Assembly: GCA_963697135.1 (NCBI GenBank)
Contig: CAVOMZ010000013.1
Span: 180,859-244,858 of the forward strand
Direction of reading: 5' to 3'
DNA: 64,000 bases
Source of the DNA: an uncultured Chloroflexia bacterium
GTDB lineage: Bacteria > Chloroflexota > Limnocylindria > Limnocylindrales > CSP1-4
Within the stretch, counting starts at the first letter, position 1. Every line of letters begins with the position of its first letter. Made by a program: the position numbers and the translations under genes. Positions 39,628 to 50,430 of the stretch are shown one piece after another. The notes beneath the pieces are model-generated. The model ran no database searches, had not been told where the DNA came from, and saw only the letters and a list, made by a program, of their open reading frames with translations.

Positions 39628-40998
39628 ATGACCGATCCCGATCGGCAGGAACCGAACGCCCCGGCCGGCGAGGAACGCCCGGCCCGGACCGACGAAGCTC
39701 GTACCGAGCTGGTCGGCGACGATCTCATCGTCGCTGCGGCGGGACTGTCCGCCGGGCCGACCCCCAGCTCAATGGGCGAGGTCTCCCGGATCCTCGGCCG
39801 CGATCCGCGCTGGTTTGCCGCCCTCCTGATCAGCGTCACGATCATCGCCGTCTTCGCCGCAATCTCGGTCGTCGGCGCGGCGATCTTCGCCTTCGGCGAC
39901 ACGATCCTGATCTTCTTCCTGGCCTGGCTGATCGCGTTCATCGTGACCCCCTTCGCGTCCGGCCTGAAGCACCTCGTCCGGCCCCTGCCCCAGGCCGCGG
40001 CGGTCCTGATCGTGTACCTCGTGGCGATCGTGGCCCTCGTCCTGGCGATCCTGGTCGTGGCCGCGAACCTGGCCACCTCGATCAGCCAGTTCGTCCAGTC
40101 GATCCCGACGATCGAAGCGAACCTCGGCCAGTACCTCGCGCCGTGGCAGGAACGACTGAACGCGCTCGGCCTGTCGGTCGACCTGACGGCCCTGGTCCAC
40201 TCCGTCCTGGACAACCTCCAGACCGGCGCGGTCGACGTCGTCGGACCCATTCAGCAGGTCGCCGTGGCCAGCATCAGCGTGATCGGATCGGTCCTGATCA
40301 TCTCGATCCTGTCGATCTACATCGCGATCGACCGCAAGCGGATCCTGGCCTTCCTGTTCCGGCTCACCCCGAGTGCCTACCGGACCGAGGCGGAGCTCCT
40401 CCGGGTCAGCGTCAACCGCTCGTTCGGCGGCTTCCTGCGGGGCCAGGTGATCATGGGCGCGGTCTACGGCCTGATCGTCGCCCTGATCTCGGTCATCTTC
40501 GGGCTCAAGCTCGTCCCGATCACGGCGACGACCTCCGGGGTCCTGATGGCGATCCCGTTCTTCGGCCCGTTCGTGGCCTGGATCCCGCCCGTCCTCGATG
40601 CCCTGATCTTCAACCCGGACGTCGTCCTGCCCGTGCTGATCCTGTCGGCGATCGGCTGGTTCGTCGTGATGAACATCCTCCAGCCCCGGCTGATGGCCGG
40701 GGCGGTCGGGCTCCATCCGATCGTCGTCCTCGCCTCGGTGATCATCGGCGGCAAGATCGCCGGGGTGGCCGGGGCGATCTTCGGGATCCCGATCGCCGCG
40801 ATCGTGACCGCCTTCTTCTGGCACTACCTCGAGGAGCAAACCGGCGAGACGATCGCCCAGCGGGCCGCCCGGCGGGTCGAGCGGCGCGAGGGCCGGCGGA
40901 TCCGGGTGCCCAAGGAGCCCAGGCCCGGGATCGACCCCGAGGTCGAGGACGAGCTCGAGGACGGGGGCCTCAGCGCCGGCGCTTCCTCCAGTCGCTGA
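39628..40998 (+). CDS. AI-2E family (PerM-like) transporter
   Basis: ORF 39595-40998, with ATG 39628 lying 7 nt after GAGGA. Polytopic, with the typical C-terminal GLHPIVVLASVIIGGKIAGVAGAIFGIPIAA. Confidence 0.85.
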   Translation: MTDPDRQEPNAPAGEERPARTDEARTELVGDDLIVAAAGLSAGPTPSSMGEVSRILGRDPRWFAALLISVTIIAVFAAISVVGAAIFAFGDTILIFFLAWLIAFIVTPFASGLKHLVRPLPQAAAVLIVYLVAIVALVLAILVVAANLATSISQFVQSIPTIEANLGQYLAPWQERLNALGLSVDLTALVHSVLDNLQTGAVDVVGPIQQVAVASISVIGSVLIISILSIYIAIDRKRILAFLFRLTPSAYRTEAELLRVSVNRSFGGFLRGQVIMGAVYGLIVALISVIFGLKLVPITATTSGVLMAIPFFGPFVAWIPPVLDALIFNPDVVLPVLILSAIGWFVVMNILQPRLMAGAVGLHPIVVLASVIIGGKIAGVAGAIFGIPIAAIVTAFFWHYLEEQTGETIAQRAARRVERREGRRIRVPKEPRPGIDPEVEDELEDGGLSAGASSSR

Positions 40999-42680
40999 CG
41001 ATCTCGCGGGCCGCGTTCTGGCCCGGAATGCCGGTGATCCCGCCGCCCGGATGGGCGCCCGACCCGGCCAGGTAGAGGCCCTCGACCGGCAGGCGATAGC
41101 GGGCGCTGCCCAGGAGCGGCCGCCAGGCGAAGAAGCTCTCGAGGCTCGGCTCGGCGTGGTACGGATGGCCGCCGGTCAGGCCGTACGTCCTGCTCGAGAT
41201 CGAGCGGGCTGAGGACCTGCCGGCCGACGACGAGCTTGGCGATTCCGGGGGCGTAGGCCTCGAGGGTCGCCAGGGCGATCTCGCCGATCTCCTCGCGTCG
41301 GGCCGGCCAGGTGCCCTCGCGGAGGGCGTACGGGGCGTACTGGAAATGCACGCTCATGACGTGCTGGGCCGCTCGCCGGGTGCTCGCCCCGGCCCGGACG
41401 CCACGCCCGGCGGCCGACGGCGGATCGAGCAGGCCTGGATCGATCAGCGACGGGATCGTCACCTCGAGGAAGGGCGCCGGGCTGATCTGGCCGTACTTCG
41501 AGGCGTCGAAGGCATGCTCGATGTAGTCGATCCCCGGGGCGATCACGATCCGGCCCCGCAGCAGGTGCTCGGCCTCGGCCCCGGTTCCGGCCGCGCTGAA
41601 GGCCGGCAGGCCGGCCAGGACGAGGTTGACCTTGGCGACCGTGCCCGGCGTGCGGATGTTGGCCGCCCGCCAGCGCAGGCTCGGTCCGATCACGACCGGG
41701 TCGACGAGCTCGGTCAGGACCTGCTTCGGGTCGATTGCCGGCGACGACGATCCGGGCGGCGATCTCCTCGCCCGAGGCGAGCACGACGCCGGTCGCCCGA
41801 CCTTCGCTCGTCGTCACCTTGGCTGACCCGGGCGTTCGTCCGGATCTCGCCCCCGGCCGCCGCCAGGGCCGTCGCCAGGGCCGTCGAGAGAGCTCCGGGT
41901 CCGCCTCGGGCGAAGACCGCCTGGCCGGCCGCTCCCCCGTCGTTGCCGGCCGAATTGGCCAGGAAGACGGCGGTCGTGCCGGCCGACCAGGGCCCCATCG
42001 CGGTGTTCTGGACGGCGCGCGCGGCGAAGATCGCCCGGAGGGCGTCGGTCTCGAACGACTCGGCCACGAAGTCGGCAATGGCCATCGGCAGGATCCGCAG
42101 GACCGCCTGGGAATCGTGCTTGCCGAGGCCGCGGAACGAGCGGCCGAGGCGCAGGCCGTTCAGGGCATCGCCGAGCGAGGGGGCCTTGAGGTCCGGCGGC
42201 GCGGCGTTGGCCAGGCCGGCCAGGAACCGGCCCAGGCTGCGGACGAGACGATCGAAGTCGGGATAGCTCGCGGCGTCGCGGCCGGACCGGGCGCGGAGGG
42301 CCTCGGCGGTCCGGGCGGGGTCGTCATAGAGGGTGATCGCCGAGCCGTCGGGCGCCGGGGCGAAGACGCGCACGTCCGGGGCGACGAAGGACAGCCCATG
42401 CGAGCGCAGGGCGAGGTCGCGCACGATCGAGGGCTTGAACCGGCCGACGGTATGGGCCACGGCCGGGATCCGCACGCCGGGCCGCAGCTCGGCCGTGTCG
42501 GCGATGCCGCCGACCCGGTCGCGGGCCTCCAGGACGAGGACCGACAGGCCGGCCCGGGCGAGGTAGGCGGCGGCAACCAGGCCGTTGTGGCCGGCCCCGA
42601 TCACGACCGCGTCCCAGGTCTTCGCGCCGGTCGCCTTCTGGATGCGCCATCTTCTTCCCGGTCGTCTCCTCGCCGACCAT
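40970..42680 (-). pseudogene. CrtI-like (phytoene-desaturase-family) FAD/NAD(P) oxidoreductase, paralog 1; about four frameshifts
   Basis: ATG 42680 follows GGAAGGTGG. The pieces lie in ORFs 42324-43022, 41714-42604, 41176-42078 and 40824-41693: WDAVVIGAGHNGLVAAAYLARAG, KVTTSEGRATGVVLASGEEI, IDPKQVLTELVDP, HFQYAPYAL, YGLTGGHPYHAEPSLESFFAWRP, GAHPGGGITGIPGQNAAREI. It is colinear with paralog 2. Junctions at about 42644, 41821, 41735, 41186. The 3' end overlaps the AI-2E gene convergently. Confidence 0.75.
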
Positions 42681-42682
42681 CG

Positions 42683-44278
42683 TCAGGCCACCTTCCGGCC
42701 GGCTGCCCGGAGGACTTCCATCGCCGCGATCCGGCCGTTCGCGCCCATGATCCCGCCGCCCGGGTGGGTCGCCGAGCCGCACAGCCAGAGGTCCTTGACC
42801 GGCGTCCGGAACCGGGCGTAGCCGGGCGTCGGGCGATTGAAGAAGAGCTGCTCGAGGCTCAGCTCGCCCTGGAAGATGTTGCCTTCGGTCAGGCCGAAGC
42901 GGCGCTCGATGTCGAGCGGGGTCAGGACCTGGCGGTGGAGGATGATCTCGCGGATGTTCGGGGCGACCTCGGCGATCCGGTCGATCACCGCATCGCCGAA
43001 CGCCTCCCGGTTGTCGTCCCACGAGCCGAGGCTCGGATCCAGGTGGTACGGCGCGTACTGGACGAAGCAGCTGATCACGTGCTTGCCGGGCGGGGCCATC
43101 GACGGGTCGACCAGGGTCGGGATGATCATGTCGATGTACGGTCGGCGGCTCCAGCGGCCGTACTTCGCGTCGTCGTAGGCGCGCTCCATGTCGTCGAGCG
43201 AGGCGCTGTAGCTGATCGCCCCGCGGAGGTGCTCGCCCTCGCCCGGCAGGCAGCTGAAGTCGGGCAGGCGGTCCACCGCCAGGTTGACCTTGCCCGAGGA
43301 GCCCCGGAACTTGAACCGACGAATCCCCTCCTCGAACTCCGGCTCAAGGCTGCCCGGCTCGAGGAGGCCGAGGTAGGTCAGTCGGGCGTCGACCGAGGAC
43401 AGGACGTGCCGGGCGAGGACCTCCTCGCCCGATTCGAGGGCGACCCCGGCGGCCCGGCCGCCCTTCACGATGATCCGGGAGACCGGGGCCTCGAGCCGGA
43501 TCTCGGCGCCCTGGGCCCGGGCCGCGCTGGCGATCGCGTTCGAGACGCCGCCGGTCCCGCCGCGCGGAATGCCCCAGGCCCGGAACGCCCCGTCGATCTC
43601 GCCCATGTAGTGGTGGAGCAGGACGTAGGCCGTGCCCGGCGAATGAACGCCCTGGAACGTGCCGATGATCCCCGACGCCGACATCGTCGCCTTGAGCGGC
43701 TGGGTCTCGAACCACTGGCCGAGGAAGTCGGCCGCACTCATCGTCATCAGCTGGACGAAGACGGCCTGCTGCTTCTCGGGCAGCTTCTGGAACGAACGCA
43801 GCAGGCCTGCCAGCGGGCTGAATTGGCGGGGATCGAAGCCGGTCGGGTCGGGCGGCACGATCGACAGGATCGGCTTGATGAAGCGGGCCATCTCGACCAT
43901 CAGCTGGCCGTATTCCTCGTACGCCTCGGCGTCGAGCTTCGACCAGCGGCGCAGCTCGCGGACCGTCCGGCCGTGGTCGTTCACCCGCCAGAGGTAGTCG
44001 TTCTCGAGCGGGGTGAAGGTGCCGTCCAGGGGCAGGATGTCGAGGCCGTGGGCAGGCAGGTTCAGCTCGCGGATGATCTCGGGGCGGAGCAGGCTGACGA
44101 CGTACGAGGCGACCGAGAAGCGGAAGCCCGGGAAGATCTCCTCGGTCACCGCCGCCCCACCGAGCAGCTCGCGCTTCTCGAGGACGACCGTGCGCAGGCC
44201 CGCCCGGGCGAGGTACGCGGCACTCACCAGGCCGTTATGGCCGCCCCCGATGATCAGCGCGTCATACGTCTGGGCCAC
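42683..44278 (-). CDS. CrtI-like (phytoene-desaturase-family) FAD/NAD(P) oxidoreductase, paralog 2 (intact)
   Basis: GTG 44278 follows GGAGG and lies in the frame of ORF 42683-45280. 531 aa. YDALIIGGGHNGLVSAAYLARAG, FVQYAPYHL, GLTEGNIFQGELSLEQLFFNRP, GSATHPGGGIMGANG. Confidence 0.85.
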   Translation of the reverse strand: MAQTYDALIIGGGHNGLVSAAYLARAGLRTVVLEKRELLGGAAVTEEIFPGFRFSVASYVVSLLRPEIIRELNLPAHGLDILPLDGTFTPLENDYLWRVNDHGRTVRELRRWSKLDAEAYEEYGQLMVEMARFIKPILSIVPPDPTGFDPRQFSPLAGLLRSFQKLPEKQQAVFVQLMTMSAADFLGQWFETQPLKATMSASGIIGTFQGVHSPGTAYVLLHHYMGEIDGAFRAWGIPRGGTGGVSNAIASAARAQGAEIRLEAPVSRIIVKGGRAAGVALESGEEVLARHVLSSVDARLTYLGLLEPGSLEPEFEEGIRRFKFRGSSGKVNLAVDRLPDFSCLPGEGEHLRGAISYSASLDDMERAYDDAKYGRWSRRPYIDMIIPTLVDPSMAPPGKHVISCFVQYAPYHLDPSLGSWDDNREAFGDAVIDRIAEVAPNIREIILHRQVLTPLDIERRFGLTEGNIFQGELSLEQLFFNRPTPGYARFRTPVKDLWLCGSATHPGGGIMGANGRIAAMEVLRAAGRKVA

Positions 44279-44536
44279 GAAACCTCCGTTGAAACACAGC
44301 CGGTGGCGCGGCAATCCGGGACAGCGAGCCGGCGAGAGCGACCCGGCCGGCACCGTCGGCTCTATGCAGGCTGAATGGGATCGATGCAGTTTAGCCGTCC
44401 GGAACGGCCTCGGCGGGCCGGCGGAGGCGGGATTCGTCCCGGCTCCAACCGGCCCTCGTCGCGGACGAGACGGGCCGCTGATCCAGCCTGCATCCGAACC
44501 CTGCATACTTGGGGCGAGAGCGACGGAGGACACAGC

Positions 44537-45730
44537 TTGAGCGTCGGGACGGCCTTCCATCCGCGGACCGAGCCCTTCAACCGGAAGATGCAGTGGCGCG
44601 AGTGGTCGGGCTATTTCGCGGCTAGCGTCTACGCCGACTTCCACGACATCGAGTACAACGCGATCCGCGAGCAGGCCGCGCTGATCGACGTCTCGCCGCT
44701 CTACAAGTACGAGCTGCGCGGCCGCGATGCGGAGCGACTCGTCGATCGGGTGATCACCCGTGACGCGACGAAGCTCAAGGTCGGGCAGGTCTACTACACG
44801 CCCTGGTGCGACGAGGATGGCAAGGTCGTCGACGACGGCACGATCCATCGCCTGGCCGCCGACCACTTCCGCTGGACCGCGGCCGACCCCCAGTACCGCT
44901 GGCTCAGCCTGAACGCGGCCGGCCTCGATGTCGAGATCGAGGACACGACCGAAACGACCGCAGCCCTGGCGATCCAGGGCCCCCTCAGCCGGGCCGTCCT
45001 CGAGGCGGCCACGGGCGACAGCCTGGCCGACCTGGGCTACTTCCGCCGCCGGACCGCGACGATCGCCGGGATCCCGATCGACATCAGCCGGACCGGCTAC
45101 ACCGGCGACCGGGGCTACGAGCTGTGGGTCGCGGCCGAGCAGGCCGTTGCACTGTGGGACGCCGTCTTCAGCGCCGGGCGGCCGTACGGAATCCGGCCCG
45201 CCGGGATGATCGCCCTCGATGTCGTCCGGCTCGAGGCCGGCTTGATCCTGCTCGAGGTCGACTACACCAGCGCCCGTCATGCGATGAACTCCGAGCAGGC
45301 CTACTCACCCGCCGAGATCGGCCTGGGCAAGCTGGTCGACTTCGACAAGGGCGATTTCGTCGGGCGCCGGGCCCTCCTGGCCGAGCGCCGAGCTGGTGGC
45401 CCGCGGCGGCGGCTGGTCGGGCTCGAGATCGACTGGCCGGACATCGACGCGATGTACAACGCCCAGGGCCTGCCACCGAGCGCACCGGCCGTCGTCGATC
45501 GCTCGGCCCTGCCGCTGTACGACGCGGGCGGCCACCAGGTCGGCCGGATCACGAGCCACGGCTGGAGCCCGATCCTCAAGAAGCCGATCGCCCTTGGGTC
45601 CGTTCCGCCCGCCTACGAGCGACCGGGCACCCATCTCCGGGCCGAGTGGACGGTCGAGGCGCGCCGGGGCAAGGTCGGGGCGACGGTTGTCCAGCTGCCC
45701 TTCCTGGACCTGGCCCGCAAGCGGGAGTAA
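44537..45730 (+). CDS. aminomethyltransferase (GcvT) family, folate-binding protein
   Basis: TTG 44537 follows GGAGGA and lies in the frame of ORF 44375-45730. ALIDVSPLYKYELRG, LAIQGP, ISRTGYTGDRGYELW, RLEAGL. Confidence 0.85.
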   Translation: MSVGTAFHPRTEPFNRKMQWREWSGYFAASVYADFHDIEYNAIREQAALIDVSPLYKYELRGRDAERLVDRVITRDATKLKVGQVYYTPWCDEDGKVVDDGTIHRLAADHFRWTAADPQYRWLSLNAAGLDVEIEDTTETTAALAIQGPLSRAVLEAATGDSLADLGYFRRRTATIAGIPIDISRTGYTGDRGYELWVAAEQAVALWDAVFSAGRPYGIRPAGMIALDVVRLEAGLILLEVDYTSARHAMNSEQAYSPAEIGLGKLVDFDKGDFVGRRALLAERRAGGPRRRLVGLEIDWPDIDAMYNAQGLPPSAPAVVDRSALPLYDAGGHQVGRITSHGWSPILKKPIALGSVPPAYERPGTHLRAEWTVEARRGKVGATVVQLPFLDLARKRE

Positions 45731-45825
45731 CGCCCCTCGTCCCCCGGCGCTCGCCGGGTGACGCTCCCCCGCTTCTTCCGGGTCCGGAGCGCACGACAAG
45801 GCCCGGACTGGACTACCATCGCCCG

Positions 45826-45985
45826 ACAACTGAATAGGTCCGTTCGACCAAGGGAAGCCGGTGTGAATCCGGCGCTGTCGCGCAACTGTCAACGGGGAAC
45901 GGCCGGCCACGATGCCACTGGGCGCGAGCCCGGGAAGGCGGCCGGACGTGCTGATCCGTGAGCCAGGAGACCTGCTCGGACGGGT
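45826..45985 (+). promoter_or_regulatory. cobalamin (B12) riboswitch
   Basis: Contains the conserved core AAGGGAAGCCGGTGTGAATCCGGCGCTGTCGCGCAACTGT, then GCCACTGGG...CCCGGGAAGGC and the B12-box AGCCAGGAGACCTGC (45961-45975). It lies about 85 nt upstream of the SD and GTG of the next gene. Confidence 0.85.
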
Positions 45986-46069
45986 TGTCATCCCACCCGC
46001 GCAGATCGGTAGATGAACCTCTGACGGCAGGTTTCGCGGTGTGGGCCGTTCGCCGTCGGAGGAACCACC

Positions 46070-47267
46070 GTGGAACGATTCCGGTGGGCCAGCGCGATAC
46101 TGGCCACAGGGCTCCTGCTCATCATCGTCCCCGTCACCTCAGCGGCAAGCCCGCACGCCCCCAGTCCGGCTGCCTCGGCCACCTGTGCCCTGCGCTACCT
46201 CGCCGGCCAGCAAGGGGCTGATGGCTCGGTCGGTGGCCAGGCGGGCGTCAGCGCCGATTACGTCTTCGGCGCGGCAGCCGCCGGATTCGACCCGACAAAG
46301 CTCAAGGCATCGAGCGGCAAGACCGTCTACGACTACCTCGAGGCGGGCATCGGCGGCTCGCTGGGCAACGCGGCGCTCGTCGCCAAGGAGGCGCTCGCGG
46401 CGATCGACGGCAAGCTCGATCCGACCGCCTTCGGCTCGAGCGACCTGCTGACCGCCCTCGACGCGACGTACGACTCGACGACCCACGCCTATGGCGACGC
46501 GGAGACGTACACCCAGTCTCTGGCGATCCTGGCCCTGACCGCGGCCGCGAACGGGGCCCATCCCCTGCCGGCCGCCGCCGTCACCGAGCTGATCTCGGTC
46601 CAGGACACGGACGGTTCGTGGGACTTCCAGGGGGTCAAGGACGCAGCCGGCGGCGGCGACACGAACTCGACCTCGGTCGCGATCCAGGCCCTGATCGCCG
46701 CCGGCAAGCCGGCCTCGGATCCGTCGATCACGAAGGGCCTCGCCTACCTCGGCGGCTCAGCAGTTGAGCGACGGCGGCTTTCCCTACAGCGACGCGTTCG
46801 GGCCGCCCGCCAGCGATCCGGATTCGGACGCCGTCGTGATCCAGGGCCTCGTGGCGGCCGCCGAGAATCCCTCCGGACCGGCCTGGACGAAGAGCGGCAA
46901 CACCGCCCTGACGAATGCCCTCACCTTCCAGGACTCCAAGAACGGTGGGTTCACCTTCCCGGGCAATTCGGGTCCTGACGCGTTCACGACCAGCCAGGTC
47001 CCGGCCGGCCTCGTCCAGGTCCCCTTCCCAGGCAGCACGTCGTGGACCGCCGGCGCCACCCTGCCGCCCGGGCTCTGCAAGGCGGCAGCCCCCTCGCCGA
47101 AGCCGTCGGGCGGGACCGGCCCGGTCGCCACGCCGCCGGCGACATCGTCGATCGGCGCCACCGCCAATGACCGGGACGGTGGCCGGCTGCCGGTCGTCAT
47201 CGGCCTGACGACCCTCGCCGCCTTGATCGTCGGCAGCCGGGCATGGGCACGGCGGCCGTCACGCTGA
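46070..47267 (+). pseudogene. secreted, C-terminally anchored prenyltransferase/squalene-cyclase-repeat (alpha/alpha-toroid) protein; one frameshift (46754)
   Basis: Signal peptide MERFRWASAILATGLLLIIVPVTSAAS. Repeated Q..DGS/GGF motifs (QQGADGSVGG, VQDTDGSWDF, QQLSDGGFPY, FQDSKNGGFTF). ORF 46070-46978 continues in ORF 46764-47267 if G46754 is removed. Pro-rich stalk and terminal TM helix (LPVVIGLTTLAALIVGS). Confidence 0.7.
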
Positions 47268-48135
47268 TCCTCCGGCGCCTGGTCCTGGCGGCGGTCATCG
47301 CCGCTGCCGGCCAGGTCCCATTCGTCGCGCTCGCCTCGTCGCAGCCGGCCGCCTGTGACGCGGCGAGCGGACCGCATCACGTCGCCCTCGTCGTCCAGCA
47401 CGGCGATGGTTCGACCAGGGTGGAATGCGTCGCATTCGGGGGCGCGAGCCTGACCGGCGAGCAGGTCCTGGCAAACTCCGGGATCGAATACGAGACGGTC
47501 TCCTTCGGCGGCCTGAGCAAGGCCGTCTGCCAGGTCGACGGCGAACCGAGCTCATTCCCGCCCGAGTGCTGGACCGGCCAGAGCGACTTCTGGGCCCTGT
47601 TCGTGGCCCGAGCCGGGGGCCTCTGGGCGGCGGCCAGTGTCGGGGTCTCGTCGCTCGTCCTGCACGACGGTGACAGCGAGGGCTTGCGCTACGAACCGCA
47701 GGCCCAGCCCGTGGCGCCCACGATCTATGGCCATTGCCCGGCAGCCACGCCCACCCCGAAGCCGACAGCGAAGCCCACACCCAAGCCGACTCCGACATCG
47801 AAGCCCACCCAGGCAGCCGCGCCGAGCGCGGCCGCGAGCGGACCCCGCAGCACAGCTCCCACGCCCGGCGCCACCGAACCGAGCGAGGCCACCGGCTCGG
47901 CCGTCCCGGGCAGCCCCTCGGCGACCGCACGCGGCCAGCCCGAGCGGGCTCGTCGAGGTGGCCGCCGGCTCGCCGGATCCTCGGGCGGGGCGCTGGTCAT
48001 GACGCCAGTGAGCGGCTCCGATGACCCCCCCCGGGCGCCCCGATTGCCCTCCTGCTCGGCCTGGCAGTGATCACCCTCCTGGCCGTCCTCGGGATCGCTC
48101 GAGCCCGGACGGCCCGGCCGGGTCCACCGCCATGA
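47243..48135 (+). pseudogene. DUF4430 (transcobalamin C-terminal-like) domain protein with Pro/Thr-rich stalk and TM anchor; frame break at a C8 run
   Basis: HVALVVQHGDGS...LTGEQVLANSGIEYETVSFGGLSKAVCQVDG...FWALFVARAGG...VGVSSLVLHDGDSEGLRY fits the DUF4430 pattern. PTPKPTAKPTPKPTPTSKPT stalk. After C8 (48025-48032) the anchor APIALLLGLAVITLLAVLGIARAR...PPP* lies one frame off and ends in an ATGA overlap with ecfT. Confidence 0.65.
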
Positions 48136-48947
48136 ACGCCCGAGCGCTGATCGTCTGGTCGCTGGCCGGCCTCGTCGTCGCCCTGTCAACCTCGAACCCG
48201 ATCTATCGGGCGATCATCGGCCTGATCGCCCTGAACGTCCTCCTCGGATGGCGACGGCCGGACCAGGATCTCGGCTTCCTGTTCCGCCTGATCGGGTTCA
48301 CGATGGCCGGGGCAGTCATCCTGAACGTCGTGGCCGGCCATGTCGGCGAGACGGTCCTGTTTGCGCTGCCGGACGGCTGGCCGATCATCGGTGGCCCGTG
48401 GACGCTCGAGTCGCTCGTGTACGGCCTGAATGCGGCCCTCGGATTGGCCGCGGCGATCCTGGTCGTTGCACCGCTCTCATACGTGGTCGAGCCGCACGAG
48501 CTGGTCGATGCCCTGCCCCACCCGGCCGAGCGAGCCGGGATCGTCGTCGCCGCCTCGCTCAACCTCGTGCCCGGCATCGGCCGCAGCTTCCGCCAGGTTC
48601 GCGATGCCCAGACGATGCGAGGCTGGCGGCCGAAGGGAATCCGGTCGTGGGCCGAGGTCCTGGTGCCGGTCGCCCTGACCGCGGTCGAAGGCTCGCTCGA
48701 GCTGGCCGAGGCAATGGAGTCGCGGGCATTCGGATCGGGACCACGGACCCGCTACGCGCCCAGCCGCTGGACCCGCTGGGATGTCCTGATCGTGGTCGCC
48801 TCCCTGGCCTCGATCGGGCTCGCGGTCTGGGCCAGGGCGGCCGGACTCGCCCCGGACTGGTATCCCTACCCGAGCGTGGCGATGCCCGAGGTCAGCCCGG
48901 CAATGCTGATCGCGGCCATCCTCCCGGCCGTGGCGATCCACCGATGA
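48132..48947 (+). CDS. ecfT: ECF transporter transmembrane (T, CbiQ-like) component
   Basis: ATG 48132 lies in the frame of ORF 48021-48947. Polytopic. Conserved C-terminal coupling region LAEAMESRAF. Confidence 0.85.
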   Translation: MNARALIVWSLAGLVVALSTSNPIYRAIIGLIALNVLLGWRRPDQDLGFLFRLIGFTMAGAVILNVVAGHVGETVLFALPDGWPIIGGPWTLESLVYGLNAALGLAAAILVVAPLSYVVEPHELVDALPHPAERAGIVVAASLNLVPGIGRSFRQVRDAQTMRGWRPKGIRSWAEVLVPVALTAVEGSLELAEAMESRAFGSGPRTRYAPSRWTRWDVLIVVASLASIGLAVWARAAGLAPDWYPYPSVAMPEVSPAMLIAAILPAVAIHR

Positions 48948-50430
48948 CCGCTCCCGACCGATCCGAAGCCCTGGCCCGGCTCGATCGGCTGTCGTACTGG
49001 TATCCGGGCGACATCCCGGCCCTCGCGGATGTCCGGCTCGACCTGCAGGCCGGCCTCACCGTCGTGGCCGGCCCGTCGGGCGGCGGGAAATCGTCGCTCC
49101 TGCGGGTCTTCAACGGCCTCGTCCCGCACTTCCACGGCGGCCGGATCTCGGGCCAGGCGACGGTCTTCGAGCGGGATGTCCTGACGACCCCGACCCGGAC
49201 CCTCGCCCGGGACGTGGGCTTCGTCTTCCAGGACCCCGAGCAGCAGGTGGTCTACGGCACGGTCGAACGCGAGGTCGCCTTTGGCCTCGAGAACCTCCAG
49301 GTCGACCGGGACGAGATGATCGGGCGGGTCGGCGAGGCGCTCGAGCGGCTGGGCCTCGAAAATCTCCGGCAGCGGAGCGTGGCGACCCTGTCCGGCGGCG
49401 AGCGCCAGCGGGTCGCGATCGCCTCGGTCATCGCGATGCGGCCGCGCCTGATCGCCTTCGACGAGCCGACCTCCGAGCTCGATCGATCGGGCGCCGAGGC
49501 GGTGATCACGGCTTCGCTCGATCTGGTCGCGGCCGGGACCGCGATCCTCGTCGCGGAGCACCGCCTCGAGCGACTGCTGCCGGTCGCGGATCGGGTCCTG
49601 GTGATCGAGGACGGCCGCCCGGTCGGACGCCTCGAGCCGCTCGGCGAACCCGCCCGAGCAGACAATGGGCCGCCGCTGATGCCGGACGACCTCCAGCCTG
49701 GCGGGCCCGCCTGGTCGTTCCGCGACCTGGCGGCCGGGCCGGCCGGGGTGCCCCTCGTCGAGTGCACCGACTTGACCGGCCGAAAGGGCGAGGTCAGCGC
49801 AATCGTCGGCCCGAATGGCAGCGGCAAGACGACCCTGCTCCGGACGCTGGCCGGGCTCCTGCCGCCGATCCGGGGCAGCGTCGAACGGGCTCCGGGCCGG
49901 ATCGCCTACCTGCCCCAGGATCCCGGGGCCCTCCTCCACCGCCCGACCCTCCTGGCCGAGGTCGCCTGGACGCTGGAGCACGCGCGGCCCGGTGGACTCC
50001 CGAGGATGTCGCGGCCGAGGCTCGGGCTGCCCTGGCCGAGTTTGGCCTGGCCGAGCTCGCCGAACGTGACCCGCGCGACCTGAGCAGTGGCCAGCGCCAG
50101 CGGGCCGCACTCGCCGTGATCCTGGCCGGTGGACCGACGATCGCCCTGCTCGACGAGCCGACCCGGGGCATGGACGGCCCGGCCCGCCAGGCCCTCGTCG
50201 GGGCGATCCGCCGCCTCCGGGCCGGTGGCTGCTCGGTCGTCATCGCGACCCACGATGAGCGGCTGATCCGCCAGGCTGCCGGCCGGATCGTCACGATCGA
50301 ATCGGGGACGGTCCGCGACCTGCCCGTGACAGACGGACCGTCCCGGCCCGGCGACGGCGATTGGGGCAACACGCACTGGTCCCGGCCGGCCGATCGCGCC
50401 CGTCACCCCGCTGGCGGCGGTCGCCAATGA
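48944..50430 (+). pseudogene. fused duplicated ECF/ABC ATPase (A-A'); one frameshift (about 49985)
   Basis: Two ABC modules: GPSGGGKSS...LSGGERQR...AFDEPTSELD (ORF 48248-50083 frame) and GPNGSGKTT, then after the shift LSSGQRQR...LLDEPTRGMD (ORF 49762-50430). Confidence 0.88.

Noticed and set aside
47750-47815. Tandem-repeat-like PTPKPTAKPTPKPTPTSKPT segment
   Set aside because: It is a low-complexity Pro/Thr/Lys stalk within the DUF4430 protein, typical of cell-surface linkers, and not an independent DNA repeat element.
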